From NCBI RefSeq assembly GCF_036365525.1, contig NC_090393.1:55938335-56002334 (forward strand): DNA of 64,000 bases, given 5' to 3'. The DNA comes from Heterodontus francisci (lineage: Eukaryota). Both the position numbers and the translations under genes were made by a program. Each line of letters starts with the position of its first letter. Position 1 is the stretch's first letter. Of the stretch, positions 11,784 to 24,169 are shown one piece after another. Under the pieces are notes generated by a model, which worked only from the letters and a program-made list of their open reading frames with translations, ran no database searches and was not told the DNA's origin.

Positions 11784-12094
11784 GTGCCTGTTGTTCCATA
11801 AAGCACAGTAATAGTCCGCGGCGTCCTCCAATTCAACTTTACTGATACTTAATGTTCCCGTGTTGCCGGATACCGACCCAGAAAACCGGTCTGGCACACC
11901 CGAGGGTCTGCTGATGCTGCTTCCAGCATAATGATAAAACAAATATCGATGAACATTTCCATATTTCTGCTGGTACCAATATATGTCGTTGCTTCCTAAG
12001 GTGGCACCAGACAAGGTACAACTTATTTGGACGGTTCCTCCCAGAGTAATCGATTTCGAAGGCGGCTGATTTATTGTAACCTCCGCATTCGAAT
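11784..12094 (-). CDS. IGLV: Ig light-chain V exon (L-part2 + V), open frame, unrearranged
   Basis: Acceptor ttttAG at 12096-12095. Reads (Y)SNA-EVTINQPPSKSITLGGTVQISCTLSGATLGSNDIYWYQQKYGNVHRYLFYHYAGSSISRPSGVPDRFSGSVSGNTGTLSISKVELEDAADYYCALWNNRH; canonical Cys, WYQQ and DYYC. Confidence 0.95.
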
Positions 12095-12239
12095 CTAAAA
12101 TAAAACGGCATAAAAATATTACTTTAATGGTACTCTGATCAATTATTGAAACGTATTGAATTTTAACTCACTTGAAATATCACCCAAATATTCTTCACAA
12201 AGGCTCCTTTGCAGTAAATATACGTTTTAAAATACTCAC

Positions 12240-12288
12240 ATGCCACGCAAAGAATTAACGCAATTATAACAGGGGCCCAGTCAGACAT
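12240..12288 (-). CDS. Ig light-chain leader exon
   Basis: gccATG MSDWAPVIIALILCVA, then T|GTGAGT donor (49 nt, phase 1); the 145-nt intron splices in frame to V. Confidence 0.92.
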
Positions 12289-12364
12289 GGCGAGGAGTTT
12301 AACGAGGCTCCAAAGTACTGACAGTTATTTGACAAGATGGGTTAACTGTCTCAATCTCCAACTC

Positions 12365-12439
12365 TTTAAATAAACCCTGTCACCAAGAAGGCGTTTCCCT
12401 GTGCTGGGATGCAAATTAGATTTTTTTATCCCAACCAAT
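12365..12439 (-). promoter_or_regulatory. Ig light-chain promoter (octamer + TATA-like + CCAAT)
   Basis: ATTTGCAT in light-chain orientation at 12409-12416, about 120 nt upstream of the ATG; TTTATTTAAA at 12365-12374; CCAAT at 12435-12439. Confidence 0.85.
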
Positions 12440-12809
12440 CAGATTCTCTGAAATTCAACGACTATCTCAAATTCTTTTCGGCAATGGGAAAATACAAGGT
12501 AATATTTCTGTTGATACAAATGTTAGTACTCTAGCGGGGCAGATTTTATAAATGCTTAGAAGTCATTTATCTGGTAACTGAGATTTGAATCATAGAAACG
12601 TACAACATAAAAGGAGGCCATTTAGCTCACCGTGCCTGTGCGGGCAATGCGAGTCTTTCTTTTCTTCAAAAGATATATCCAATTCGGTCCTCCCCCTCCT
12701 TTCCCCAAACCCCTGCAATGCGTTCCTTTTCAAGTATATATCGAATCCCCTTTTGAAAGTTGTAATTGAGTCTGATTCCACCGCATTATCGCCTTATTAC
12801 TACTTATTA

Positions 12810-15364
12810 CTAGACCTCATTGTCACAAGGCGAGCCGCCTTAAACAGTGTTCAAATCACACGCAGCTTCCACAGTGCGGACTGCGACACCGACCACTCCC
12901 TGGTGTGCAGCAAGGTTAGACTCAGACCAAAGAAGTTGCATCATTCCAAGCAGAAGGGCCACCCGCGCATCAACACGAGCAGAATTTCTCACCCACAGCT
13001 GTTACAAAAATTTCTAAATTCACTTGTAACAGCCCTTCAAAACACTCCCACAGGGGATGCTGAGACCAAGTGGGCCCACATCAGAGACGCCATCTATGAG
13101 TCAGCTTTGACCACCTACGGCAAAAGTGCGAAGAGAAATGCAGACTGGTTTCAATCTCATAATGAAGAGCTGGAACCTGTCATAGCCGCTAAGCGCATTG
13201 CACTTTTGAACTACAAGAAAGCCCCCAGCGATTTAACATCCGCAGCACTTAAAGCAGCCAGAAGTACTGCACAAAGAACAGCTAGGCGTTGCGCAAACGA
13301 CTACTGGCAACACCTATGCAGTCATATTCAGCTGGCCTCAGACACCGGAAACATCAGAGGAATGTATGATGGCATGAAGAGAGCTCTTGGGCCAACCATC
13401 AAGAAGATCACCCCCCTCAAATCTAAATCGGGGGACATAATCACTGACCAACGCAAACAGATGGACCGCTGGGTTGAGCACTACCTAGAACTGTACTCCA
13501 GGGAGAATGCTGTCACTGAGACTGCCCTCAATGCAGCCCAGCCTCTACCAGTCATGGATGAGCTGGACATACAGCCAACCAAATCGGAACTCAGTGATGC
13601 CATTGATTCCCTAGCCAGCGGAAAAGCCCCTGGGAAGGACAGCATTACCCCTGAAATAATCAAGAGTGCCAAGCCTGCTATACTCTCAGCACTACATGAA
13701 CTGCTATGCCTGTGCTGGGACGAGGGAGCAGTACCCCAGGACATGCGCGATGCCAACATCATCACCCTCTATAAAAACAAAGGTGACCGCGGTGACTGCA
13801 ACAACTACCGTGGAATCTCCCTGCTCAGCATAGTGGGGAAAGTCTTTGCTCGAGTCGCTCTGAACAGGCTCCAGAAGCTGGCCGAGCGCGTCTACCCTGA
13901 GGCACAGTGTGGCTTTCGTGCAGAGAGATCGACTATTGACATGCTGTTCTCCCTTCGTCAGATACAGGAGAAATGCCGTGAACAACAGATGCCCCTCTAC
14001 ATTGCTTTCATTGATCTCACCAAAGCCTTTGACCTCGTCAGCAGACGTGGTCTCTTCAGACTACTAGAAAAGATCGGATGTCCACCAAAGCTACTAAGTA
14101 TCATCACCTCATTCCATGACAATATGAAAGGCACAATTCAACATGGTGGCTCCTCATCAGAGCCCTTTCCTATCCTGAGTGGTGTGAAACAGGGCTGTGT
14201 TCTCGCACCCACACTTTTTGGGATTTTCTTCTCCCTGCTGCTTTCACATGCGTTCAAATCCTCTGAAGAAGGAATTTTCCTCCACACAAGATCAGGGGGC
14301 AGGTTGTTCAACCTTGCCCGTCTAAGAGCGAAGTCCAAAGTACGGAAAGTCCTCATCAGAGAACTCCTCTTTGCTGACGATGCTGCTTTAACATCTCACA
14401 CTGAAGAATGCCTGCAGAGTCTCATCGACAGGTTTGCGTCTGCCTGCAATGAATTTGGCCTAACCATCAGCCTCAAGAAAACGAACATCATGGGGCAGGA
14501 TGTCAGAAATGCTCCATCCATCAATATTGGCGACCACGCTCTGGAAGTGGTTCAAGAGTTCACCTACCTAGGCTCAACTATCACCAGTAACCTGTCTCTA
14601 GATGCAGAAATCAACAAGCGCATGGGTAAGGCTTCCACTGCTATGTTCAGACTGGCCAAGAGAGTGTGGGAAAATGGCGCACTGACACGGAACACAAAAG
14701 TCCGAGTGTATCAGGCCTGTGTCCTCAGTACCTTGCTCTACGGCAGCGAGGCCTGGACAACGTATGCCAGCCAAGAGCGACGTCTCAATTCATTCCATCT
14801 TCGCTGCCTTCGGAGAATACTTGGCATCAGGTGGCAGGACTATATCTCCAACACAGAAGTCCTTGAAGCGGCCAACATCCCCAGCTTATACACACTACTG
14901 AGTCAGCGGCGCTTGAGATGGCTTGGCCATGTGAGCCGCATGGAAGATGGCAGGATCCCCAAAGACACATTGTACAGCGAGCTCGCCACTGGTATCAGAC
15001 CCACCGGCCGTCCATGTCTCCGTTATAAAGACGTCTGCAAACGCGACATGAAATCGTGTGACATTGATCACAAGTCGTGGGAGTCAGTTGCCAGCATTCG
15101 CCAGAGCTGGCGGGCAGCCATAAAGACAGGGCTAAATTGTGGCGAGTCGAAGAGACTTAGTAGTTGGCAGGAAAAAAGACAGAGGCGCAAGGGGAGAGCC
15201 AACTGTGCAACAGCCCCAACAAACAAATTTCTCTGCAGCACCTGTGGAAGAGCCTGTCACTCCAGAATTGGCCTTTATAGCCACTCCAGGCGCTGCTTCA
15301 CAAACCACTGACCACCTCCAGGCGCGTATCCATTGTCTCTCGAGATAAGGAGGCCCAAAAGAAA
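12810..15364 (+). mobile_element. Young 5'-truncated RTE-clade LINE with uninterrupted RT ORF
   Basis: ORF 12585-15311, with element homology from LDLIVTRR: APE C-terminus TDHSLV, RT motifs NYRGISLL, FIDLTKAFD, GVKQGCVLAP, LLFADD, and C-terminal CSTCGRACHSRIGLYSHSRRC; short 3' UTR ending aaaagaaa. The ORF N-terminus is read-through from an older CR1 3' end. Confidence 0.93.
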
Positions 15365-16535
15365 CTTTCAATAATTGCTGATAGATCTCCAGAAGTCTAA
15401 TGCATCATGAATACTCTGCCACGCCGATCTTCGTGTCTCCTCCATGTTGTTCCTCTCACTTTTCTATCTCCAGCTTTATTGCTTTTTATGTTCCTTGATC
15501 GCTCCGCTTCTCCGTTAAAGATTGTGGGGTCCAAGCCCCACTCCAGGACTTGATCACTTCATCTAGATAATTATTTCTGTGTAGTATTGATGGACTGATA
15601 AATTATCCGACGTATAACAAAGTCAAACTGCCTCTTCCCGTAAACCTGAGAGATTTCATTTTTGACAAGGACCAGAAAGCTTTTCAGGTATCTAAGCTAA
15701 GACTTACCTTCTCAAAATTTCATCAAAACGGATTAACCAGACATTACGGTCATTGCTACTCGTGAGATCCATGCCGGTAATGCCAGTCTTTCTTTTATTT
15801 CTCCTACATGACGCTCTCTCTGTCCTTGATGCCGCCGTTGTTTTGTTCCCACTGTTCTCCCATTTCTTCATCCCATCTCTCTATCCCGTTTTTATCTCTG
15901 TCGCCTCTGCTTCCCTTGCACCCCGCTCCCAATCGCATATCTCTCCGTCCGCTTCGGTCTGATTTATGGCCTCCTTCATACCTTATGTTAGAGATGGAGG
16001 GCATTACATTTATATTTTGATTTAATGCAATAACTATTTTCTTTTAACTTTAATTCATAACTAGCTCTGGTCCATGCCGCCTTTGCGTTGGTGCTTCTGA
16101 ATGTTGCGAAAGCGTCAACGAGATCCAATGGCTGTCCTTATTGGGAGTTATTTTTCCAGAAAACTCCGAGCAACTCGCATGCGTTGCATTAATTGCATGC
16201 TTTGTCATGGCTGAGGCGCACACAGCCATTAGATATTGTATTCTCATGTACCCGCTTGCTCCTCAATCTGCTATCAGGGGCATTACCATTGAAAGTATGA
16301 ACCACTGCTTCAGATGAAAGGGAGTACAGGTCATTTCGGGCAATGTTAAAATAATGAAGTGAAGCTACCAGTGCAAATTATTGGACATTCGGCCATTTCG
16401 TTAAACAATAAACATGTAATCGGCTGCTGGTATTAATCGTAACATCAGTAGTGAGGTATATGAAGAACGAATCATGCTCCATTCAATTCTATTGGTCGTC
16501 TTCATTGATGAATTGCCAAATACACAATTGTATGA

Positions 16536-17574
16536 TGTGACGGACAGATCTGAGACCCCAGTTGTTTTCCCTTTACTGTCAGTAATCAGTGTGTTTTTGA
16601 CAAGGAAGATGTGTGTGTTTCTTAACCCCTGAGTGTATGGCCAACTTGAATAACCAACGGCATGCCTTTTGTGGGTTTAAATAAAAAGGATGATTTTTAT
16701 TCACACGTTCAACCCAAAAGTCGAATGCTATGTCGCTCATGCACCACTCACACACACATTCGAGAAAGAAAGCTGTTAAAAGGATAGTATACTTTTACAA
16801 ATTTCGAACAAAGGAATTGTTCTTAAGCTACATGGTTTGGCTCGTCTTGGGGAAAAGGCATGCATTGTGGGTCCAGTGAAGAAGGCATTTTCACTCCTCA
16901 AGTGTAGTTCGGTGACTTCAATAGCCGGAGACGTATATCAAAGTCTTGGCAGGTTTCTCTCGAAGAGGTGGATTTTCAGCAGGTCAGAAAGTTAGTTGAT
17001 GGTAGTCTTATTACTAGGGAGGTTGGTTTTCTGTACTGGTGGACATGAAAAAGAACAGGCTTGGAGATCTTAAGATGTTAGTCTTCTGTTCTTTTAAAGC
17101 ACAATGGTACTGCCTTGTCTGCTTGCTGCTTTTTTCTGCAGTCTGTATTTTAAAAGATTTTTTAAAAGGATACCAACACGGCTTCCTCACCCATGTGACT
17201 TCTCACAGTTCTTTTTATAAATATGGTGGGGGTCTAGGTTCATTAGTCCCATACTGCTCATCGGTCTAAGGAGGGTTAAGACAATCACCTTCTTTGTTTC
17301 AGGAGAAACCCATTCAATTCAGGAACACGCCTGATGGTTTCAAGATGGGCATTGATGACACCTCTTAGTACATTCAAGACAGTGAGTCAGTTTTTTGAAC
17401 ATACCGGCCGACGGTCCGCTGACCTTCGGTGACTATCTTTGCAGCCCATGTCCACTTTTAATGTCCATTGTGGTTCTTATAAAACAAAAGAAAAATTCAG
17501 TTCCAGAAGATACTATGTTGAATATAGTCCATGTTTAAAGTTATGAATAGGACATGTCTTTACTGAGCATGACA
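16536..17574. repeat. Solo LTR (Gypsy-type)
   Basis: TGTGAC...CATGACA termini; flanks atga/ttga are a possible 4-bp TSD; same terminal style as the 36.8 and 47.3 kb copies. Confidence 0.5.
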
Positions 17575-18119
17575 TTGACCATTGTACAAAGATACATGGA
17601 GGCTATTTTGATGGCTAGAAGACTGTAGACAGTGAACAACAATCTCAGAGGTTCATTCCCTATTTTTGTTGAGTTGGCTGTTCTCAGTAGGAACTGAGGC
17701 AGGTCTTCAATTGGGTTTTCTAGGGTTTGTCCAAGTTCCCACGTTCCTGGTCGACATCTGGAATTTCCTTCTGCAATGCCAATGCAAGTGTTTTGAGGAA
17801 ACGGCTGGGCTGTGAGGCTCACTGCGATTCAACTGACCCGCCAACATGTGCCTCACTTCAATCGTGGCTACATGGGCGAGGTATCTATGAGCGAATGGAA
17901 CTTACTCTTGAGTAGGCGGGAAAAAGTGGAAGAGTAAACTTACATACCTAACAGAAACTAATGATGAGCATTGCCTGGAAGCGAGAGGCCGGAGAGAGCC
18001 GCGGGGAGCGAGCGTGCGAAGACCTTGGTGTCACCGGGTCCAGGGACTGGCCAGTAAGTCTTTTGCTGTGTTTATGGCGCATGCACAGAAAAAGGCGCTC
18101 CTCTTCCGTTCCGCTGCTC

Positions 18120-18478
18120 ACCCCCCCCCCCCCCCCCCCCACTCCCTCCCCTTCCTCCCTCTCCCCCAGCTCTCTCCCTCCCCCTTCCTTACCCCTCCCT
18201 CTCCCTCTTTCTCTCCCCCTCTCCCTCTTTCTCTCCCCCTCTCCCTCTTTCTCTCCCCCTCCCCCTCTCCCTCTTTCTCCCCCCTCTCCCTTCCCCCCCC
18301 TCGCCCCCCGGCACCGCTACCGCTGGTCTCCCCACGCTGCTCTCCCCGGCCCCCGCGCTGCTGCCCCCGGCCCCCGCGCTGCTCTCCCCGGCCCCCGCGC
18401 TGATCTCCCCGGCCCCCGCGCTGCTCTCCCCGGCCCCCGCGCTGATCTCCCCGGCCCCCGCGCTGATCTCCCCGGCCC
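18120..18478. repeat. C/T-rich low-complexity tract plus 21-bp GC-rich minisatellite
   Basis: Poly-C/CT tract 18120-18310; about 7 copies of CGCTG(C/A)TCTCCCCGGCCCCCG at 18335-18478. Confidence 0.9.
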
Positions 18479-18789
18479 GCTCCACTCTCTCACTCCGGCC
18501 ATTGTATTCTGCCACGTGTTTGTCAGGTTTCATCTCTGTGATTCTTTGAGCAGCGCCATCTTTAGTCCTGGCAGCTGCTACAGTCCCAAGCTGTGACGTT
18601 TTCGTGGCACATGCTGTATTTGCGCATGTGCCAAAACAGCGCAACCTACCGATCGCGTTGTCAACAATTGCGGTCTTTCAGAAATGGGAAGGACAACTAT
18701 TCTAAAACTTAATTTCTCCGCACAGGTCGGCCAAGACGCTAGAATGCAGTCCTTAAGAAGCAGTGGGGCAATTAGGAGATGAAGAAGGA

Positions 18790-21265
18790 GTAAGAATTAG
18801 AAGTAGAATTAGAACATTACAGCGCAGTACAGGCCCTTCGGCCCTCGATGTTGCGCCGACCTGTGAAACCATCTGACCTACACTATTCCATTTTCATCCA
18901 TATGTCTATCCAATGACCACTTAAATGCCCTTAAAGTTGGCGAATCTACTACTGCTGCAGGCAGGGCGTTCCACGCCCTTACTACTCTCTGAGTAAAGAA
19001 ACTACCTCTCACATCTGTCCTATATCTATCACCCCTCAACTTGAAGCTATGTCCCCTCGTGTTTACCATCACCATCTGAGGAAAAAGACGCTCACTATCC
19101 ACCCTATCTAACCCTCTGATTATCTTATATGTCTCTATTAAGTCACCTCTCCTCCTCCTTCTCTCCAACGAAAACAACCTCAAGTCCCTCAGCCTTTCCT
19201 CGTAAGACCTTCCCTCCATACCAGGCAACATCCTAGTAAATCTCCTCTGCACCATTTCCATAGCTTCCACATCCTTCCTATAATGCGGTGACCAGAACTG
19301 CACGCAATACTCCAGGTGCGGTCTCACCAGAGTTTTGTACAGCTGCAGCATGACCTCGTGTCTCCGAAACTCGATCCCCCTACTAATAAAAGTTAACACA
19401 CCATATGCCTTCTTAACAGCCCTATTAACCTGGGTAGCAACCTTCAGGGATTTATGCACCTGGACACCAAGATCTCTCTGTTCATCTACACTACCAAGAA
19501 TCTTCCCATTAGCCCAGTACTCTGCATTCCTGTTACTCCTTCCAAAGTGAATCACCTCGCACTTTTCCGCATTAAACTCCATTTGCCACCTCTCAGCCCA
19601 GCTCTGCAGCCTATCTATGTCCCTCTGTACCCTACAACATCCTTCGGCACTATCCACAACTCCACCAACCTCAGTGTCATCTGAAAATTTACTAACCCAC
19701 CCTTCTACACCCTCTTCCAGGTCATTTATAAAAATGACAAACAGCAGTGGCCCCAAAACAGATCCTTGCGGTACACCACTAGTAACTAAACTCCAGGATG
19801 AACATTTACCATCAACCACCACCCTCTGTCTTCTTTCAGCTAGCCAATTTCTGATCCAAAGCTCTAAATCACCTTCAACCCCATACTTCCGTATTTTCTG
19901 CAATAGCCTACCATGCGGAACCTTATCAAACGCCTTACTGAAATCCATATACACCACATCCACTGCTTTACCCTCATCCACCTGTTTGGTCACCTTCTCG
20001 AAAAACTCAATAAGGTTTGTGAGGCACGACCTACCCGTCACAAAACCGTGCTGACTATCGCTAATGAACTTATTCTTTTCAAGATGGTTATAAATCCTGT
20101 CTCTTATAACTTTTCCAACATTTTACCCACATCCGAAGTAAGGCTCACAGGTCTATAATTACCAGGGCTGTCTCTACTCCCCTTCTTGAACAAGGGGACA
20201 ACATTTGCTATCCTCCAGTCTTCCGGCACTATTCCTGTCGACAATGATGACATAAAGATCAAGGACAACGGCTCTGCAATCTCCTCCCTAGCTTCCCAGA
20301 GAATCCTAGGGTAAATCCCATCCGGCCCAGGGGACTTATCTATTTTCACACTTTCCAAAATTGATAACACCTCCTCCTTGTGAACCTCAATCCCATCTAG
20401 CCTAGTAGCCTGAATCTCAGTATTCTCCTCAACAACATTTTCTTTCTCTACTGTAAATACTGACGCAAAATATTCATTTAACACTTCCCCTATCTCCTCT
20501 GATTCCACACACAACTTCCCACTACTATCCTTGATTGGCCCTAATCTAACTCTAGTCATTCTTTTATTCCTGATATACCTATAGAAAGCCTTAGGGTTTT
20601 CCCTGATCCTATCCGCCAATGACTTCTCGTGTCCTCTCCTTGCTCTTCTTAGCTCTCCCTTTAGATCCTTCCTGGCTAGCTTGTAACTCTCAAGTGCCCT
20701 AACTGAGCCTTTACGTCTCATTCTAACATAAGCCTTCTTCTTCCTCTTGACAAGCGCTTCAACTTCTTTAGTAAACCACGGCTCCCTCGCTCGACAACTT
20801 CCTCCCTGCCTCACAGGTACATACTTATCAAGGACACGCAGTAGCTGCTCCTTGAATAAGCTCCACATTTCGATTGTTCCCATCCTACGCATCCTAAATC
20901 TTGCCTAATCGCATCATAATTTCCTTTCCCCCAGCTATAATTTTTGCCCTGCGGTATATACCTGTCCCTGCCCATCGCTAAGGTAAACCTAACCGAATTG
21001 TGATCACTATCACCAAAGTGCTCACCTACATCTAAATCTAACACCTGGCCGGGTTCATTTCCCAGTACCAAATCCAATGTGGCATCGCCCCTGGTTGGCC
21101 TGTCTACATACTGTGTCAGAAAACCCTCCTGCACACACTGGACAAAAACTGACCCATCTAAAGTACCCGAACTATAGTATTTCCAGTCGATATTTGGAAA
21201 GTTAAAGTCCCCCATAACAACTACCCTGTTACTCTCGCCCGTCGAGAATCATCTTCGCTATCCTT
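18790..21265 (-). mobile_element. Relatively young CR1 LINE (ORF2: APE end + RT), 5' truncated, frameshifted
   Basis: ORFs 20811-21215 (GDFNFPNIDW...LDLVL...DSDHN), 20104-20892 and 18878-20041 (YMDFSKAFD, GVPQGSVLGP, KFSDD), with a 3' tandem tail. Confidence 0.95.
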
Positions 21266-21759
21266 TCAGGGTAAGGGTGAGGGTGATAGAGGAGGAACAG
21301 CTTCTGAAAGAGATGGAAAAATCAGACACTGGTTTTCCCAGGCAGGTTGCATCCATCCTTCTGCTAGATGAATGATTGATAGAAATCCAAAGACATACAC
21401 CTCCGCTCTTGGGTGGAAGTTGACAAAAGTTGTAAAGCATTTCTAAAGTTTCTGATAAAAGAGCATCGACCTGAAACATTACCTCTGTTTCTCCCTCCAC
21501 AAATGGTGCCAGACTTGCTGAGTATTTCCAGCATTTTCTACTTTTATTCTAAAGTTTAAGTTGATTGAGCCTAAGATTCCAATGGTTTGTAAAGCTTATT
21601 ATTATTGATTAGAGCTTTACTCTTATAGTTATTCAAATTTCTGAAGAGGCTTCCACATTGCAATAATGTTGTAATTATAATATATTTCTCGTGGTCTTTT
21701 ATGTCAATTTGTGTGAAATTTCTGGGTGCAGTTTATTTTTTTCAGACATTTGTATTTAT

Positions 21760-24110
21760 TTGTAACAATTTTCATTTAAAGTTATGAAACATTTTTGCAC
21801 TAAAATAGTGTCTGACTCTTCTGGTTGTGGCTTCTGTGGGATGTTCATTGGGTAAAGTGCTGCACCCACAAGATGAGCTCTGAACTTCCTGCACTCTCGA
21901 AACAATGCCTTCTGAATTGCCGCTACGTAATCTTGGCTCCGGCTCACAGCACAGGATCTTCTACTTCCTCTGCTTATCAAGCTCCAGGCCTTCAACCATG
22001 GCAAAGTTGAAGGCTGTGGCACATGACAATTATCTTAGCTACACGCTCTGGGGAGTATTGGAGGACACCCTCAAACCTGTCCAAGCACCGGAAGTGGCTT
22101 TTCAGCACTCTGTTGGTCCTCTCAACGATCTGCCTGATGGATACATGGATCTGATTGAAGCTGTCTTCTGCTTCAGTCTGTGGGTTGCAAAAAGGCATCA
22201 GCAGCCATGGCAGCAGGGGATAAACCTTGTCACCATTCACCCATCCTTCCACTAGGCAACCATCCCTAAGCACTCATATGATGTAACTAGCGGAGTACTG
22301 CAAGAATCAATGCTGGGGCCTTAGCTCTTTACAATCCAAATTAATGAATTAGACGAGGAGATCGAGAGTAATGTATTCAACATTATTGACGATACAAAGC
22401 TAGGTAGGAATGTAAGCTGTGAGGAGGATGTAAAGAGGGTGCAGACAGATATAGACAGGTTAAATGATTAGGTAACAAGGTGTCAGATGGAATATAATGT
22501 AGGGAAGTGGGAGGTTATTCACTTTGGTAGGAAGTATAGAGGAGCAGAATATTTTTTAAAGGCATGGAATTTCTAAATGTTGGTGTTCAGAGAGACTTGG
22601 TGTGCTCATACAAGGAACACAAAAAGTTACCATACAGCAAGAAATTAGGAAGACAAATGGCATGCTGCCTTTATTGCAAGGGGATTGCAGTAAAAGAATA
22701 AGGAAGTCTTGCCACAATTGTACAGGGCTTTGGTAAGATCACATCTGGAGTACTATGCACAATTTTGCTCTCCATATTTAACCAAGGATGTACTTGCATC
22801 GGAGGTGGTACAGCCAAAATGGACTAGATTGGTTCCTAGGATGAGAGGGTTGTCCTATGATGAGGGGCTAAGTTAATTGGGCCTATACTCCTGAGTTTAG
22901 AAGAATGAGAGGCGATCGCTTTGAAACGGACACGATTCTGAAGGGGCCTGACAGGGTAAATGCTGAAAGGTTGTTTTCCCTGGTTGTGGAAACTAGAACA
23001 CCGGGGCACAGCCTCAGGATAAGAAGTGATCCTTTAGGATTGAGATAAAGAGACATTTCTTCACCCAGAGTGTTGTGAATTTTTGGTATTGTCTACTCCA
23101 GAGAGTTGTGAATGTTCTATTTTTGAGTATATTCAAGACTGAGTTGAACAGATTTTTGGTATCTCAAGGAATCACGGAGGAATATGGGGACAGGGCAAGA
23201 AAATGGAGTTGAATCTGAAGAACAGCTATCATTGTATTGAATGGCGGAGCTAGCTCGCCCAGTCATGCAGTCTATTCCTGCTCCTATTTCTTATATTCTT
23301 AAGTTCTTATGACCGAGTTGCACACAATGAATACATGGTAACAGGAATCCGCATGGTACGCGTTCACATGCAAGATGTGCAGCCGGGCATCACAGAGCAC
23401 CTGGCCGTTGGTCATACCCAACACTCCTGTAGAAACTTTGTAACCTCAGCCTTTGCTGCACTGGAAACATTCCAAATTATATGATCCTCCGAGCCCTACA
23501 GAACAGGGTATCTGTTACCTGATACATGCACTAATTCTTCACGGGATCCCCATGGATTACTGGAAGGATCGAGACCCCTAATAGTTGAAGACCATGGTCA
23601 CCTTCCTTTCTAGATTGAAGGCTCCGCTGTAACTGTATGCGAACTGGAACTTTAAGTCATCTCAAAGCAAGTAACGCAGTCAGCCGATGGCCTCCTTTGT
23701 AAAGTGCAGCCGTCGCACAGTCAACTCCTCAGGCAGCTCCTGGAGTGTCAGTCGAGGCCTGTACGCTCTCTAGGCGACGTGCTTGCTTGTGGGGTGTTGT
23801 CTCGGCTTGTGTTACTTCATTCTCCACCCCGCCCTTCTCTTGTCCACTTCTAATTCCTCCATTATAACAGCTAAAGAGCCACTTCTATTTCTACAAACGA
23901 GTTTAAAATGGCATTCTTTGGTAACAAAAAGTGAGAACGTGTTCAATGTTTCCTGGAGGCGCTGATTTGTGCCTGTTTCAGATGACTACTGCTGTCTGCA
24001 AAGCTGAAAATCTGGTAGAAATTTGAAGAGATTTTCCCGTCATAAGGAATTGCAAGAAACTCTCACCGTAACTGTGGACGGCGCCATTATTATGGGCAGC
24101 GATCCGTTCG
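21760..24110 (-). mobile_element. Decayed PIF/Harbinger transposase, interrupted by a CR1
   Basis: ORF 21992-22273 GDKVYPLLPWLLMP...IVERTNRVLKSHFRCLD...LQYSPERVAKII is a HARBI1-like DDE C-terminus; a degenerate N-terminal part appears to resume after 23310. Confidence 0.7.
22280..23310 (+). mobile_element. Old CR1 3' fragment
   Basis: Degenerate GVLQESMLGP...DDTKL and a CR1 3' UTR ending ttcttatattcttaagttcttatg. Confidence 0.8.
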
Positions 24111-24169
24111 GACAAAGGGACCGGTATGGCCACGACAAATGAAGAACATTTGAGCAAGTGGTACCAACG

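Noticed and set aside
12166-12171. Extra GTGAGT donor inside the leader intron
   Set aside because: It would be phase 0 and put the V out of frame; the 12239 donor gives a canonical leader.
12585-12809. N-terminal 75 aa of the 908-aa ORF as a novel fusion protein
   Set aside because: Non-ATG start; chance read-through across an antisense CR1 3' end. The RTE is 5' truncated.
17961-18644. Pro-rich and Gly/Ala-rich ORFs (211 aa, 151 aa)
   Set aside because: Artefacts of the low-complexity tract and the 21-bp minisatellite.
21992-22273. Host HARBI1 gene
   Set aside because: Fragmented, interrupted by a CR1 and present in several decayed copies in the window, so these are transposon relics.
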